From Candidatus Ozemobacteraceae bacterium (GTDB lineage Bacteria; Muiribacteriota; Ozemobacteria; Ozemobacterales; Ozemobacteraceae), in NCBI GenBank assembly GCA_965140445.1, contig OZ223236.1, positions 1,472,001 to 1,536,000 of the forward strand: 64,000 bases of DNA. Reading direction: 5' to 3'. The notes under the pieces are model-generated. The model did not search any database. It was not told where the DNA came from and worked only from the letters and a program-made list of their open reading frames with translations. Made by a program: the position numbers and the translations under genes. This document shows positions 46,484-55,488 of the stretch, one piece after another (positions within the stretch are counted from its first letter, which is position 1; the number at the start of each line of letters is the position of its first letter).

Positions 46484-48724
46484 TTAGCCGTTTTCCGGGC
46501 TTAACTCTCTTTCCCATTTGAACAAAGTGTTGTTTACTTCGTTTACTATTTCAGAAGAGTTTTCATCCTCAAGAAGTTCTGACAGGTCTTTTTTAAAACT
46601 GGCATCGCCAATATTTCCAATTGCTTTTACTGCCTGAAGTCTTTCTGATTCGCTTTCGCTAGTTAGCATAGCTTTTAATCTTTTTAAAATGTTCTCAATT
46701 ATGGGAAGAATCAAAAAGTTCTTTTCCTCACTGAAAGCAGGGAAAAGTCTTCTGAATTTTCTTGAAGACGCCAGAAAGTAGATCGCGTAGGCAGCAGATG
46801 CGCGCATATTTGTATTGTCTGATTTTAAAAGGCTATAGATGCAGGAAAGGGTGTCATGATCATCCGAAATCCATAAACCCAGTAGAGCATTTGAGCAAAC
46901 TCTGGGAGAGGGATCTTGAAGCATTTTTTTCAAGACCGATTGCTTGTCTGGAAATTCGAGTGGGACACATGCTTCAACCGCATTAGCTCTAAGCCTATCG
47001 TTTGGTGAATTAAACAGCCTTGTAAAAAATGAAATTAACTTTTTGTCGCGTCCCATTCCTAATATTGAGGCCGCAGTTGCGGAAATAGCCTCATCCTCTG
47101 AGGTAGAAGAAAGCTCTTGAAGAAAATCCTTAACGGTCTGCTCTTGCTCGAAAACAAAAGGTGATAAGGCTTTTAATGCAGGAATCCTATATTGAGAGTC
47201 TGGATCTTCAACCAGGCTTTTTAAGAAACCAAAGCCTTCAGTTTTTTGCGTAAAACCAAAAAGTGGAATTAATATCAGCGCATCTCTTTCATCTGATGAA
47301 GAAATTCGTTCCTTAAAATACGTAAGATTAGTAAATCCGTTGAGAAGATAGTATTCGACCTTATCGCTTCCAACTTCGCTGGTTGAAGTTATTGGGGTTG
47401 TTGTTAAAAAGTCGCCTTCAGAAGAAGAAACTTTTCGGTCAATAACTGGTAGGAAATTATTGCTTAGTGTGGATAACGAGGCCATTTTTTTTGCTCTATT
47501 CACCGTTTTTCCGATTGCAGTGAATTCTTGTCGGTCTTGCGCCCCAACGTTACCAATAATTACTCTTCCAAGAGAGATTCCAGAGCGCATGCTGAGTTCT
47601 TCAAGGGCTAAGGCGGCCTGTTTGAAATTTAGCATATTTACTGAATTTCTTACGGCAAGAGCGGTGAAAGCTGCTCTCAATTGTGCTGGCCAACGACCGG
47701 CACTTTTTACTGGGAAAACTGCGAGAATGCTGGCATCTCCAAATTTATCAATTATTCCACCTGTGGAAGTTATAATCTTTACAGCTTCTTCGAAAAAGGA
47801 ATTGATTGTGTCGATGGCTTCCGAAGGGGAATGTCTTTCGATGAATGAACTGAAATCGCTAAGTTCAATGTATAGAACTGCAGCCTCAATTGCTCTTCCT
47901 GAGAAACACTTTGAATTTAGTTCGGTATCATCGCGCCAGATCTTTTTGCTTAAGAATCTGCCTGATTCTTCCCTGTCTTTAAGTGCGGAGGTCAGTTTAT
48001 TAAAAGAATTGGCCAGCTCCCCAAACTCATCGGATGAATTTAAAAAAGCTTTTCTGTTGTAGTCACCATCTGTGAGAGATTCTATAGCAAAAAGAATTGT
48101 GTTTAATGGTCCTAGTAATGTGGATGAAATCCCGTAGGCTATAAATAGACCGGCAAAAATTAACAGGATTCCCAAGGTTAAGTTATATAATAAAAGGCTT
48201 CTGATACTTGCGTATTCTTCATTTAAAGTAAAGCCAACTCTGATAACACCGTATTTGTTTCCACCAAGAATAATTGGAACCGAAGCATCATATATTGGTT
48301 GACCGTTGTTTGCAGCTTTTCGTATTTGAACTCTTGTTGAAGCTAAAGCACTTCTTGACCAGCCATCTGAGAAATACTTTCCATTCAATTTTGGGTCTGT
48401 GCTTGAAATTACACGCCCTAGATTGTCTAAAATAATGCAGTAATCAATGCGATTGATTTTGACAAATTCTTTTAAAGCGTAGTCAATGCTCTGAAAATTT
48501 CCTCTGACAATATCTTCGCCCATCGCAAGCGCTATCATTTTACCAATCATAAGGCTGCTTTCTTCAGCTCTTCTGAAGCTTGCTTCTTTTACCTGAAGAG
48601 TGACCAGATAAACAGAGATAAGCATTATGAAGGAAATTAGCAGGGTTAAAGTTACTGCTATTTTTTGCCTGAATCCAAGAGAGGCTTTGAGAATTGCATT
48701 TTTTACAGGTTTATTTGCTGCCAT
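46484..48724 (-). CDS. Membrane sensor: TM-HAMP-class III nucleotidyl cyclase (degenerate)-HEAT repeats
   Basis: Two TMs; HAMP DEFGELANSFNKL; cyclase-like GGIIDKFGDA, RSGISLGRVIIGNVG, FTAIGKTVN; C-terminal HEAT repeats; AGGAG SD favours ATG 48724 over 48760. Confidence 0.8.
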   Translation of the reverse strand: MAANKPVKNAILKASLGFRQKIAVTLTLLISFIMLISVYLVTLQVKEASFRRAEESSLMIGKMIALAMGEDIVRGNFQSIDYALKEFVKINRIDYCIILDNLGRVISSTDPKLNGKYFSDGWSRSALASTRVQIRKAANNGQPIYDASVPIILGGNKYGVIRVGFTLNEEYASIRSLLLYNLTLGILLIFAGLFIAYGISSTLLGPLNTILFAIESLTDGDYNRKAFLNSSDEFGELANSFNKLTSALKDREESGRFLSKKIWRDDTELNSKCFSGRAIEAAVLYIELSDFSSFIERHSPSEAIDTINSFFEEAVKIITSTGGIIDKFGDASILAVFPVKSAGRWPAQLRAAFTALAVRNSVNMLNFKQAALALEELSMRSGISLGRVIIGNVGAQDRQEFTAIGKTVNRAKKMASLSTLSNNFLPVIDRKVSSSEGDFLTTTPITSTSEVGSDKVEYYLLNGFTNLTYFKERISSSDERDALILIPLFGFTQKTEGFGFLKSLVEDPDSQYRIPALKALSPFVFEQEQTVKDFLQELSSTSEDEAISATAASILGMGRDKKLISFFTRLFNSPNDRLRANAVEACVPLEFPDKQSVLKKMLQDPSPRVCSNALLGLWISDDHDTLSCIYSLLKSDNTNMRASAAYAIYFLASSRKFRRLFPAFSEEKNFLILPIIENILKRLKAMLTSESESERLQAVKAIGNIGDASFKKDLSELLEDENSSEIVNEVNNTLFKWERELSPENG

Positions 48725-49664
48725 TGCCAAACTCCTGTGCAATTGCTTCATATGCTTCAAGATCAGGTTCTTTTACTTTAAACATTCCTGAAAACATTTC
48801 AGAGATATCGATGGTTTCTGAAACTTTTTTAAATCCTTCAACAATCATAGTTTCATAAGAAATTTCCCGATCTGAATTGGTGATATAAACGCCGCCTGGA
48901 AGCGGCTTGCTTTCATATATTGTCTTTAAACCTTTTTTGGCGGAATCTGGTTGTTCAACATAAAAATTGCTGGAAACAACTATGCAGTCAAATTCGTTGT
49001 TCTTTAGCCCGAGTATGGAATTGGAATAGTTGTCTGTAAATGATTCCTGATCAAAAAAGTTTGTTGGATTGATTCCGGCTTTTTTAAGCTCATATACCGG
49101 AAACAAATATCCGGGAAGGGATGAATCGTTTTTGTATGCGATTCGATAACCTTTTAAGTCTAAAATGGATTTGGCCGGATCTTCATCCTTTACAATGAAT
49201 AATGCACATTTTGGTGGGATGCTGTAGCGTTCAAGAACTGCTTTTACATGTTTTCTATCTTTCGCTTCGGCAAAATTCAGGGCAGAAATGCTACCAAAAT
49301 CAACAGCTTTTCTTTCAATTTTGCTAATAACTTCCATTTCGTTCTGAGAGATATCAATGACTGCTGTCTTGCCCGTTCTTTCTACTATTTGATCTAATTT
49401 TGGCTTAACGATGTCAAGAAAACGAACCAGTTCACCACGTGGTACTGAGAAACTGAAAACTATTTCATCTGAAGATCTTTCTGTCGTTGAAATCGTAAAA
49501 GCAGGCTGGTCTGATACTCCGGCAAACACGCCATTTAAACCAGAAGCGCTGCTGGTAAATTCGACAAAATTTTTCCAAAGTATTCCGCCAGAGCAAACGA
49601 TTCCAGAAAGTAGTAGAAAAATTAGTCCAAAAAATAAAGAATTTTTGTCAGATTCAGTTCTCAT
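48711..49664 (-). CDS. PhnD/SsuA-like substrate-binding-fold protein, membrane anchored
   Basis: N-terminal TM; IKSILDLKG-type motif (KSILDLKGYRIAYKNDSSLPGYLFP), IYESKPLP. Confidence 0.75.
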   Translation of the reverse strand: MRTESDKNSLFFGLIFLLLSGIVCSGGILWKNFVEFTSSASGLNGVFAGVSDQPAFTISTTERSSDEIVFSFSVPRGELVRFLDIVKPKLDQIVERTGKTAVIDISQNEMEVISKIERKAVDFGSISALNFAEAKDRKHVKAVLERYSIPPKCALFIVKDEDPAKSILDLKGYRIAYKNDSSLPGYLFPVYELKKAGINPTNFFDQESFTDNYSNSILGLKNNEFDCIVVSSNFYVEQPDSAKKGLKTIYESKPLPGGVYITNSDREISYETMIVEGFKKVSETIDISEMFSGMFKVKEPDLEAYEAIAQEFGNGSK

Positions 49665-49818
49665 ATCTCAATATCTCTCAATTTGTTAGCTGAAATGATT
49701 GTACCAGAGAAGTCCTAAAATAAAAAGAGCGGAAATTCAAAACCACACATATAGAGAAAAAACAATATAATCTGTTTTCCAGAGTAGAAGTTTCCAACTA
49801 CCTGTAGGAAAAAAATAA

Positions 49819-49838
49819 AAAACTTTGTACAAAGTTTT
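49819..49838. promoter_or_regulatory. Perfect 20-bp palindrome, candidate operator
   Basis: AAAACTTTGTACAAAGTTTT in the divergent intergenic region, upstream of an extended -10 TGTTATAAT (49867-49875). Confidence 0.55.
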
Positions 49839-49923
49839 GCGTATTACCTAAGAACCGACTTTTTTTTGTTATAATTCAAGAAATGTAATCAGTTATTATC
49901 CGAAACCCATGGGGGATGATTTT

Positions 49924-51399
49924 ATGAAAAAGCTCAACAAAAGAGGCGTTATAGGCTTAATGCTTACCATGGCTCTTGGTGTAGCTCTTGGGGCTGCAAC
50001 TCTTGTTGTTGGAAATGAGATTGTAAAGGGAATTAGCGGTAATGAAAATAAGACTGCAAATTCCGAAAAAAAAGCTTCACCAGTGGCCGTAGAAAAAGCC
50101 TTTGCTGAATATCAAGCAGCCTACAAAAGTTACCAGCAAGCTGTTGGGCTTGGACGGAGTGATTCAGACAACTATGCTAAAAAACTTCAGGAAGCCAGGA
50201 AAAAGCTTGAGTGGGAAATCCTGAAGAATACTCCTGGTGTTTCTCAGATGGATCTGACTGGCATAGGAGCTGATACAAATAATCAGGAATCTGCGACCAC
50301 AACTACGGAAAGTTCAAATACAGAAGCCTCAGCCCCAGAAGCAGCTTCACAGGTGTCTTCATCTATGAGCAATCCTTTTGGTGAGGGCGAAATTGTTTTG
50401 AATCCAACAGGAAATTCTACAAATTCGGGAGATGCGGCAGTTGTAAGTATTTCTTCTGAAGCTCCAAGTGATTCTCCTTTTGCAGTTAGAAATACCGACA
50501 CATCGACAAATAATAGTGTAGCAAGCTCTAACAGCCCGGAAGCAACTCAGGCCTCCGCTCCAGATGACGGTGTTTATGGAATGGAATATTATACGGTTAA
50601 AGCCGGCGATTCTCTTTCCAAAATTTGCCAAAAATACTATGGCGATAGCGGAATGTGGACACATATTTTAAAATACCAGATCCCAGCTATTGCCGGGACT
50701 CCAAATTTGATTTTCCCAGGACAATTGATTGCCTTGCCAAGAGGATTTTCCAGAGATAGAAATGAAAGTTCTTTTGTTTCATCTGCCGGGAATAATTCTA
50801 CAGACAATGGCTCTGGTAGCACTCCTTCAACTCATGAAACAGCCGCCCCCGGAGATGAATCCTGGGCAGGTAGTTTCCAGAAGGATTATTTAATTTCTGA
50901 CTACACTCTCACAAGAACTGACACCATGACTGTAAGTGACATACAAAGCTTTTTGGATAAAAAGGGTTCGTGTCTGGCAAAACCATATAGAGGTTCTAGT
51001 CCGGCTCAAATGATTTATGATGCAGCTAAAAAGTATGGAATCAATCCGCAGGTTATTTTGACCCGTTTGCAATGTGAACAGGGGTTAATTACAAAGAAAA
51101 CGGCTACGGAACACAAACTTGATTGGGCGCTCGGAGTTGGTGCTTATGATTCAGGTAATTGGAATCAGAAGTATAAAGGCCTGGATAAGCAGATTGAATT
51201 TGCAGCTGCTACATATAGAAGACATTATGATAACGCGGCCAGTAGAATTAAAGCTGGTGAAAAAGTTACCATGAAAATTGATGGCCAGAATGTGACCCTG
51301 AAGAATGCAGCATCCTATGCTTTTTACAAATATTGCCCACATTTTGCGGGAAATAAACTATTTAACAGTGTCTGGAACGGATTTAAAGATAAATTCTAA
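49924..51399 (+). CDS. LysM-domain exported protein with a C-terminal lysozyme-like domain
   Basis: YTVKAGDSLSKIC...PNLIFPGQLI LysM; Ser/Thr-rich linkers; AAKKYGINPQVILTRLQCEQGL...YKYCPH; ATG 49909 is an alternative start. Confidence 0.78.
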   Translation: MKKLNKRGVIGLMLTMALGVALGAATLVVGNEIVKGISGNENKTANSEKKASPVAVEKAFAEYQAAYKSYQQAVGLGRSDSDNYAKKLQEARKKLEWEILKNTPGVSQMDLTGIGADTNNQESATTTTESSNTEASAPEAASQVSSSMSNPFGEGEIVLNPTGNSTNSGDAAVVSISSEAPSDSPFAVRNTDTSTNNSVASSNSPEATQASAPDDGVYGMEYYTVKAGDSLSKICQKYYGDSGMWTHILKYQIPAIAGTPNLIFPGQLIALPRGFSRDRNESSFVSSAGNNSTDNGSGSTPSTHETAAPGDESWAGSFQKDYLISDYTLTRTDTMTVSDIQSFLDKKGSCLAKPYRGSSPAQMIYDAAKKYGINPQVILTRLQCEQGLITKKTATEHKLDWALGVGAYDSGNWNQKYKGLDKQIEFAAATYRRHYDNAASRIKAGEKVTMKIDGQNVTLKNAASYAFYKYCPHFAGNKLFNSVWNGFKDKF

Positions 51400-51403
51400 A
51401 TCC

Positions 51404-52372
51404 TTATTCTTCGTCTGAAACTATTGGCTCAGCCAAAGCTTTTTTAAGCATTGTGCTGAGCCTTTTTGCTGCTTTAGAAAGCTCTAATGGCATTTTACTG
51501 CCTAATAAAAATACGCATGATTCTCCAGAGAATTGCAACTTCAATAGTTCAGGTATTGATTTTTTCAGCTCTGAAAAATCAATTTCTTCGTCCAGCGCTA
51601 GATTCTCAATAAACTGAATCCTGAAATATAAGGGGGAGGGATGTTGTTCTTCAAGCATTGCTAAAGATGACAATCCAAAGTCAGAACTAAATTCAGGGAA
51701 ATATTCCAACCTATTCCAGCCTGCATTGACCGAACATAGGGTTATTCCCGCTTCAGTAAGCGCAAAAGAAAGACGTATCGGAATGTTGGCTATTTTTATC
51801 AGTGGGAGTAATTTTTGTGAAAATAATAAGATTTTGCTTTCAATTGCCTGGGGAGGCTTTAGCGGGAACATTCGCCAGGAATGTGAAAAGTTAAGCTCTT
51901 TGGTTAGTGATACCTGTGAAATCATTTTAACTTGTTCATTAAAGAAGGTGGCTTCAATATAGCCCTTGGCTTTAAAAAACGGCTCTATTATCACTTCCGA
52001 ATTGTCTGCAAGTAAATTGACCTGTTCAAAAAAATCAGGGAGCTCTCGGAAAGCTCTTAATAGAAAATGCCCCTTGCAGTCTTCAAGATTTTTGTCCGTT
52101 TTGATTACGGTTGGAAAATTTTGATGTTTAATCAGCCAGGCAGAGATTTTGCTGAAATCTTTGCTTGAAAAATATTCTGGCTGCCTTAAGCCTAATACGC
52201 CACAATGCTTTCTAAATGCACTTCTTGATAATAATAAACTGCAAAAAAAATCATCCACCTGTGATTCTTTAAGAGCGGATTCCAGATTTTTTACCCCAAA
52301 AAAAGGTTTTCCGGGCAGGCTGAAAGTTTTTTCAGATAAAAACATTGAGGTGAGGTTGTTATGAGAGTTCAT
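51404..52372 (-). CDS. Hypothetical protein, weak ATP-grasp-like similarity
   Basis: FPTVIKT...VIIEPFF pattern; long ORF in an operon-like run. Confidence 0.5.
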   Translation of the reverse strand: MNSHNNLTSMFLSEKTFSLPGKPFFGVKNLESALKESQVDDFFCSLLLSRSAFRKHCGVLGLRQPEYFSSKDFSKISAWLIKHQNFPTVIKTDKNLEDCKGHFLLRAFRELPDFFEQVNLLADNSEVIIEPFFKAKGYIEATFFNEQVKMISQVSLTKELNFSHSWRMFPLKPPQAIESKILLFSQKLLPLIKIANIPIRLSFALTEAGITLCSVNAGWNRLEYFPEFSSDFGLSSLAMLEEQHPSPLYFRIQFIENLALDEEIDFSELKKSIPELLKLQFSGESCVFLLGSKMPLELSKAAKRLSTMLKKALAEPIVSDEE

Positions 52373-52418
52373 CAGAGATACTATCGGTTAAAATTGCCCG
52401 ACAATTAACAATCTGATT

Positions 52419-53012
52419 TTATTCTCTCATCTGGTCTTCAAGTTCTTTTAATCTAGCTCTGGCAAGACGGTTGTCCGGATTTTCATGGATCGCACGCTGA
52501 AGAGTGTCAATTTCAGTTCTGCTGTATCTTATAAGTCTTTTTAAAACGTTTAGATCGCGCGAAATAGTTCGGTCATCATTAGGTAGAGCGTTGGCTCTTT
52601 CCCAGTTGTTAAAAGCCTTGCGAAATTTATTTCGCTCAAAAAATATTTGACCAGAGAGTTTGAATATGCCGTAGTTTGTTGGATCATAAATCTTTGCTCT
52701 ATCCAATCTACGAAGTGCGTCTTCATAACTTCCGTGATAGTAATCTTTTGTGGCAGTCTGGAGATATTCCTTTGCCCTGTATTCATTGAGATACTCGTCC
52801 CTGGCAGCATCTTCCATTAACTCTGCGGAATCTGTGGCAAGTGGTTCAGGTTGGTCTTTGGTTACGGTCGCCTGGATGTTCAATCTTATGTGTGAAAAAT
52901 CCAGGGAAGTTGCTTTTGGGAAGACGGCAGCAAAATAGGCAACAATCAGTAGTATTAAAACTACCGCTGCCCATTTTAAATATTTGCCGTATTTCTTATT
53001 CACCTGGGACAC
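52419..53012 (-). CDS. Membrane-anchored TPR protein
   Basis: TM helix, then TPRs (YEDALRRLDRAKIYDPTN); GGAGG before GTG 53012 preferred over ATG 53060. Confidence 0.72.
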   Translation of the reverse strand: MSQVNKKYGKYLKWAAVVLILLIVAYFAAVFPKATSLDFSHIRLNIQATVTKDQPEPLATDSAELMEDAARDEYLNEYRAKEYLQTATKDYYHGSYEDALRRLDRAKIYDPTNYGIFKLSGQIFFERNKFRKAFNNWERANALPNDDRTISRDLNVLKRLIRYSRTEIDTLQRAIHENPDNRLARARLKELEDQMRE

Positions 53013-53848
53013 CAAGCCTCCCTGGGATTGATTCCTCTGGCGCTTAAATAGGTGTACCATTTATTTTGCATTGGTTTTTCGCTCTTTGTTGCCAAAGAAT
53101 TGTGCGAAAAATACTCGTAATGATAACCCAACAACGCCAGTTTTCTCTTTAATGAAGGTGAACCTTTCGAAAAGCCTCTATCCAGAGCTTCTTCGAATGT
53201 AGTGTGTACCGGCCAATACCCCCACGCTTTTAGTATACTGTTATTATTGTGCATCGGCAAGGGGGAAAGAAGCAACTGCCATTGCGAAAGCGCCTGTATA
53301 TAGCTAAGTTGAGCTTCCAGTGCTGGTTCTATCGCCTGTTTATAGTTGTTTCGCCATTCTTTAATCCACTCAAGATTTCGCATGGGAAATTCTGTGGGAT
53401 CTGGTGTGAGCCCTCTTCTGATGAGATGTAGAAGACGGTCTGGAGAAAGATTTGAAAAATCTGAAGAAGACCAATTTTTGTGTGAAAAAGACTCGCTTTT
53501 CAATGCAATTTCAATTTCTGAATAATCCCTATCCGGCATCTCTTTTTTTAGTATTGTTAAATTCTTTTGCCACTCGTTGAGCTTCTTCGTTTTTATTGAT
53601 TTTACTTCTTCGATTTCATTTCTAGTGTCAGAGAGAGTAAGGTTATAAAGGGCTTCAAACTTAAGTTTATGGTCTGGCCAGGTTGTAAGGAAGCGATCAA
53701 ACATGTCTCTTGATTCTTCCCAATGTCCTAGTGAAAAAGCTCTCTGTGCATCATTAAATAATTCTGTTGGCGAAACGCCGTAACAGGAGGTTACGCCTGA
53801 AATTATTATTGAAAGAAGAATTGTAAATTTTATTAAGCTTTTTTTCAC
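53000..53848 (-). CDS. Exported TPR-like hypothetical protein
   Basis: Signal peptide; LFNDAQRAFSLGHWEESRDMFDRFLTTWPDH (BamD/YbgF-like TPR). Confidence 0.65.
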   Translation of the reverse strand: MKKSLIKFTILLSIIISGVTSCYGVSPTELFNDAQRAFSLGHWEESRDMFDRFLTTWPDHKLKFEALYNLTLSDTRNEIEEVKSIKTKKLNEWQKNLTILKKEMPDRDYSEIEIALKSESFSHKNWSSSDFSNLSPDRLLHLIRRGLTPDPTEFPMRNLEWIKEWRNNYKQAIEPALEAQLSYIQALSQWQLLLSPLPMHNNNSILKAWGYWPVHTTFEEALDRGFSKGSPSLKRKLALLGYHYEYFSHNSLATKSEKPMQNKWYTYLSARGINPREAWCPR

Positions 53849-53967
53849 TATTTTTTACCCTCGCCGATTATGTCGCAAAAAGAATGCCAGAATTTTTTTG
53901 CCCTTACTACTATATATCGACCTATTCTATACTAAACCATAGGGGAATTTTGTCGGGTGAATGTGAA

Positions 53968-53993
53968 AAAAACGCACGTAATAGTGCGTTTTT
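53968..53993. terminator. Terminator-like hairpin in the intergenic region
   Basis: AAAAACGCAC-GTAATA-GTGCGTTTTT. Confidence 0.5.
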
Positions 53994-54082
53994 ATGCTGT
54001 TAACAATGGTTTGGGCATAATTGTAAAAAAAATCCACAATAATATTTCCTTGAAGATAGTATTGAAAAATGGGTACATAAAA

Positions 54083-54121
54083 AAATCAGCCATTTCATTG
54101 ATTAAATGAACTGGCTGATTT
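54083..54121 (-). terminator. Intrinsic terminator after the FAD-subunit gene
   Basis: AAATCAGCCA...TGGCTGATTT stem with a T-run on the minus strand. Confidence 0.7.
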
Positions 54122-54127
54122 CTTAAT

Positions 54128-54976
54128 TCAGGATAGTTTGGTGGCCGCTCGTTTTAATAGAACACCTGCCATTTGTTTCCGATATCTGGCAGTTGAGCGA
54201 ACATCGTCAATCGGTTTGGCAGTTTCACGTCCGATTTTTTCCAGTTGGGCAATTTGCTCATCAGAAAGGGGGAACTGTGCAGATTCAAGGAAATTTTCAG
54301 CTTCCGGGCATCTTATAACTGTGGGGGCTACCGCTCCCATAGCTATTTTATAGCTGTATTTGCCGTCTGTGTTTTTGCTGCGGGAAAGAGCTATATTAAT
54401 TTTTGAAATTGCATGGGCTTTTCTTTCGCCCATTTTGATGAAAACACCTTCTGTTTGTGCTTTTGGCAGCTCAATGCTTTCAATTAACTCGCCTTGAGTA
54501 AGGGAATTTTTCCCTGGGCCGGTGAAGAATTCCTCTATTTTGACTTGTCTCTTTCCAGTAGGGGAGACAATGTTTAAGATGGCATTGAGAGAATAAAGGG
54601 CTGGAATTGTATCGCCGGCTGGTGATGAATTGGCTACATTCCCACCAAGAGTAGCTGAATTTCTAATTTGTTTTGCTCCAACTGTTGATGCTGCGGCGAC
54701 AAGAGCCGGGAAATACTTTATTATTTCTGGATGGGTCACTACTTTTGACATGGTGCATCCGCTATCGATAACAATAGATGTGTCTGTTGTTTTGATTTGA
54801 TCGAGTTGAAGGCCAGAAATATCTACAAAAGCAGTTACTTTTGGTAAAATGCCGTTTCTGAATTTAACAATTAGATCGGTTCCGCCTGCAACAGGAACAG
54901 CACCTGGAGTTTTTTGAAGAATTTCTACGGCTTCTTTTACTGTGTTTGGCTTAAAGAAATCTATGTGCTGATTCAC
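54128..54976 (-). CDS. Xanthine dehydrogenase/CoxM-family FAD-binding subunit
   Basis: VAGGTDL, QIRNSATLGGNVANSSPAGD, FFTGPG, PIDDVRSTARYR. Confidence 0.92.
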   Translation of the reverse strand: MNQHIDFFKPNTVKEAVEILQKTPGAVPVAGGTDLIVKFRNGILPKVTAFVDISGLQLDQIKTTDTSIVIDSGCTMSKVVTHPEIIKYFPALVAAASTVGAKQIRNSATLGGNVANSSPAGDTIPALYSLNAILNIVSPTGKRQVKIEEFFTGPGKNSLTQGELIESIELPKAQTEGVFIKMGERKAHAISKINIALSRSKNTDGKYSYKIAMGAVAPTVIRCPEAENFLESAQFPLSDEQIAQLEKIGRETAKPIDDVRSTARYRKQMAGVLLKRAATKLS

Positions 54977-54980
54977 AATT

Positions 54981-55463
54981 TTACTCCTGTGTTTCTGAAG
55001 CTTTTTTTACAGCAGCTTCAATTTTTCTATAGCCGGTGCATCGGCAGATGTTTCCAGACAAAGCTTGTTTAATTTCATGCTCGGTTGGTTTTTTGTTGTG
55101 CTTAAGCAGGTGGTAGGATGAAAGGATCATTCCTGGTATACAGAAACCGCATTGAACTGCGCCTTCTGAGACAAATGCGGATTGAACTTTGTTCATTAAT
55201 GGGTCCTTATCCAATCCTTCGACAGTGAAAATCTCATCGGTCTCTCTTAATGTTGCTGCTAATTTTAAACAGCTATTGATTGTTTCGCCATTCAGGATGA
55301 CTGTACAAGCTCCGCATTCGCCTTTCCCACAGCCTTCTTTGATAGCGTTCTGACGAAATTCTCTTCTAAGCATTTCTAGAACCGTCATTTTTGGCAAAAC
55401 TGAAGCCGAAACGGTTTCTCCGTTTAACTTGAAGCTTATGCTGATTGTATTTTCCTTATTCAT
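54981..55463 (-). CDS. Xanthine dehydrogenase/CoxS-family 2x[2Fe-2S] subunit
   Basis: KEGCGKGECGACTV...NSCL; QCGFCIPG; GNICRCTGY. Confidence 0.95.
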   Translation of the reverse strand: MNKENTISISFKLNGETVSASVLPKMTVLEMLRREFRQNAIKEGCGKGECGACTVILNGETINSCLKLAATLRETDEIFTVEGLDKDPLMNKVQSAFVSEGAVQCGFCIPGMILSSYHLLKHNKKPTEHEIKQALSGNICRCTGYRKIEAAVKKASETQE

Positions 55464-55488
55464 GCTTTATCTCCGTTTTATTAAGCAC

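Noticed and set aside
54083..54130. Selenocysteine readthrough of the TGA stop followed by a hairpin
   Set aside because: The protein is complete at the TGA and the hairpin ends in a T-run, as expected for a terminator
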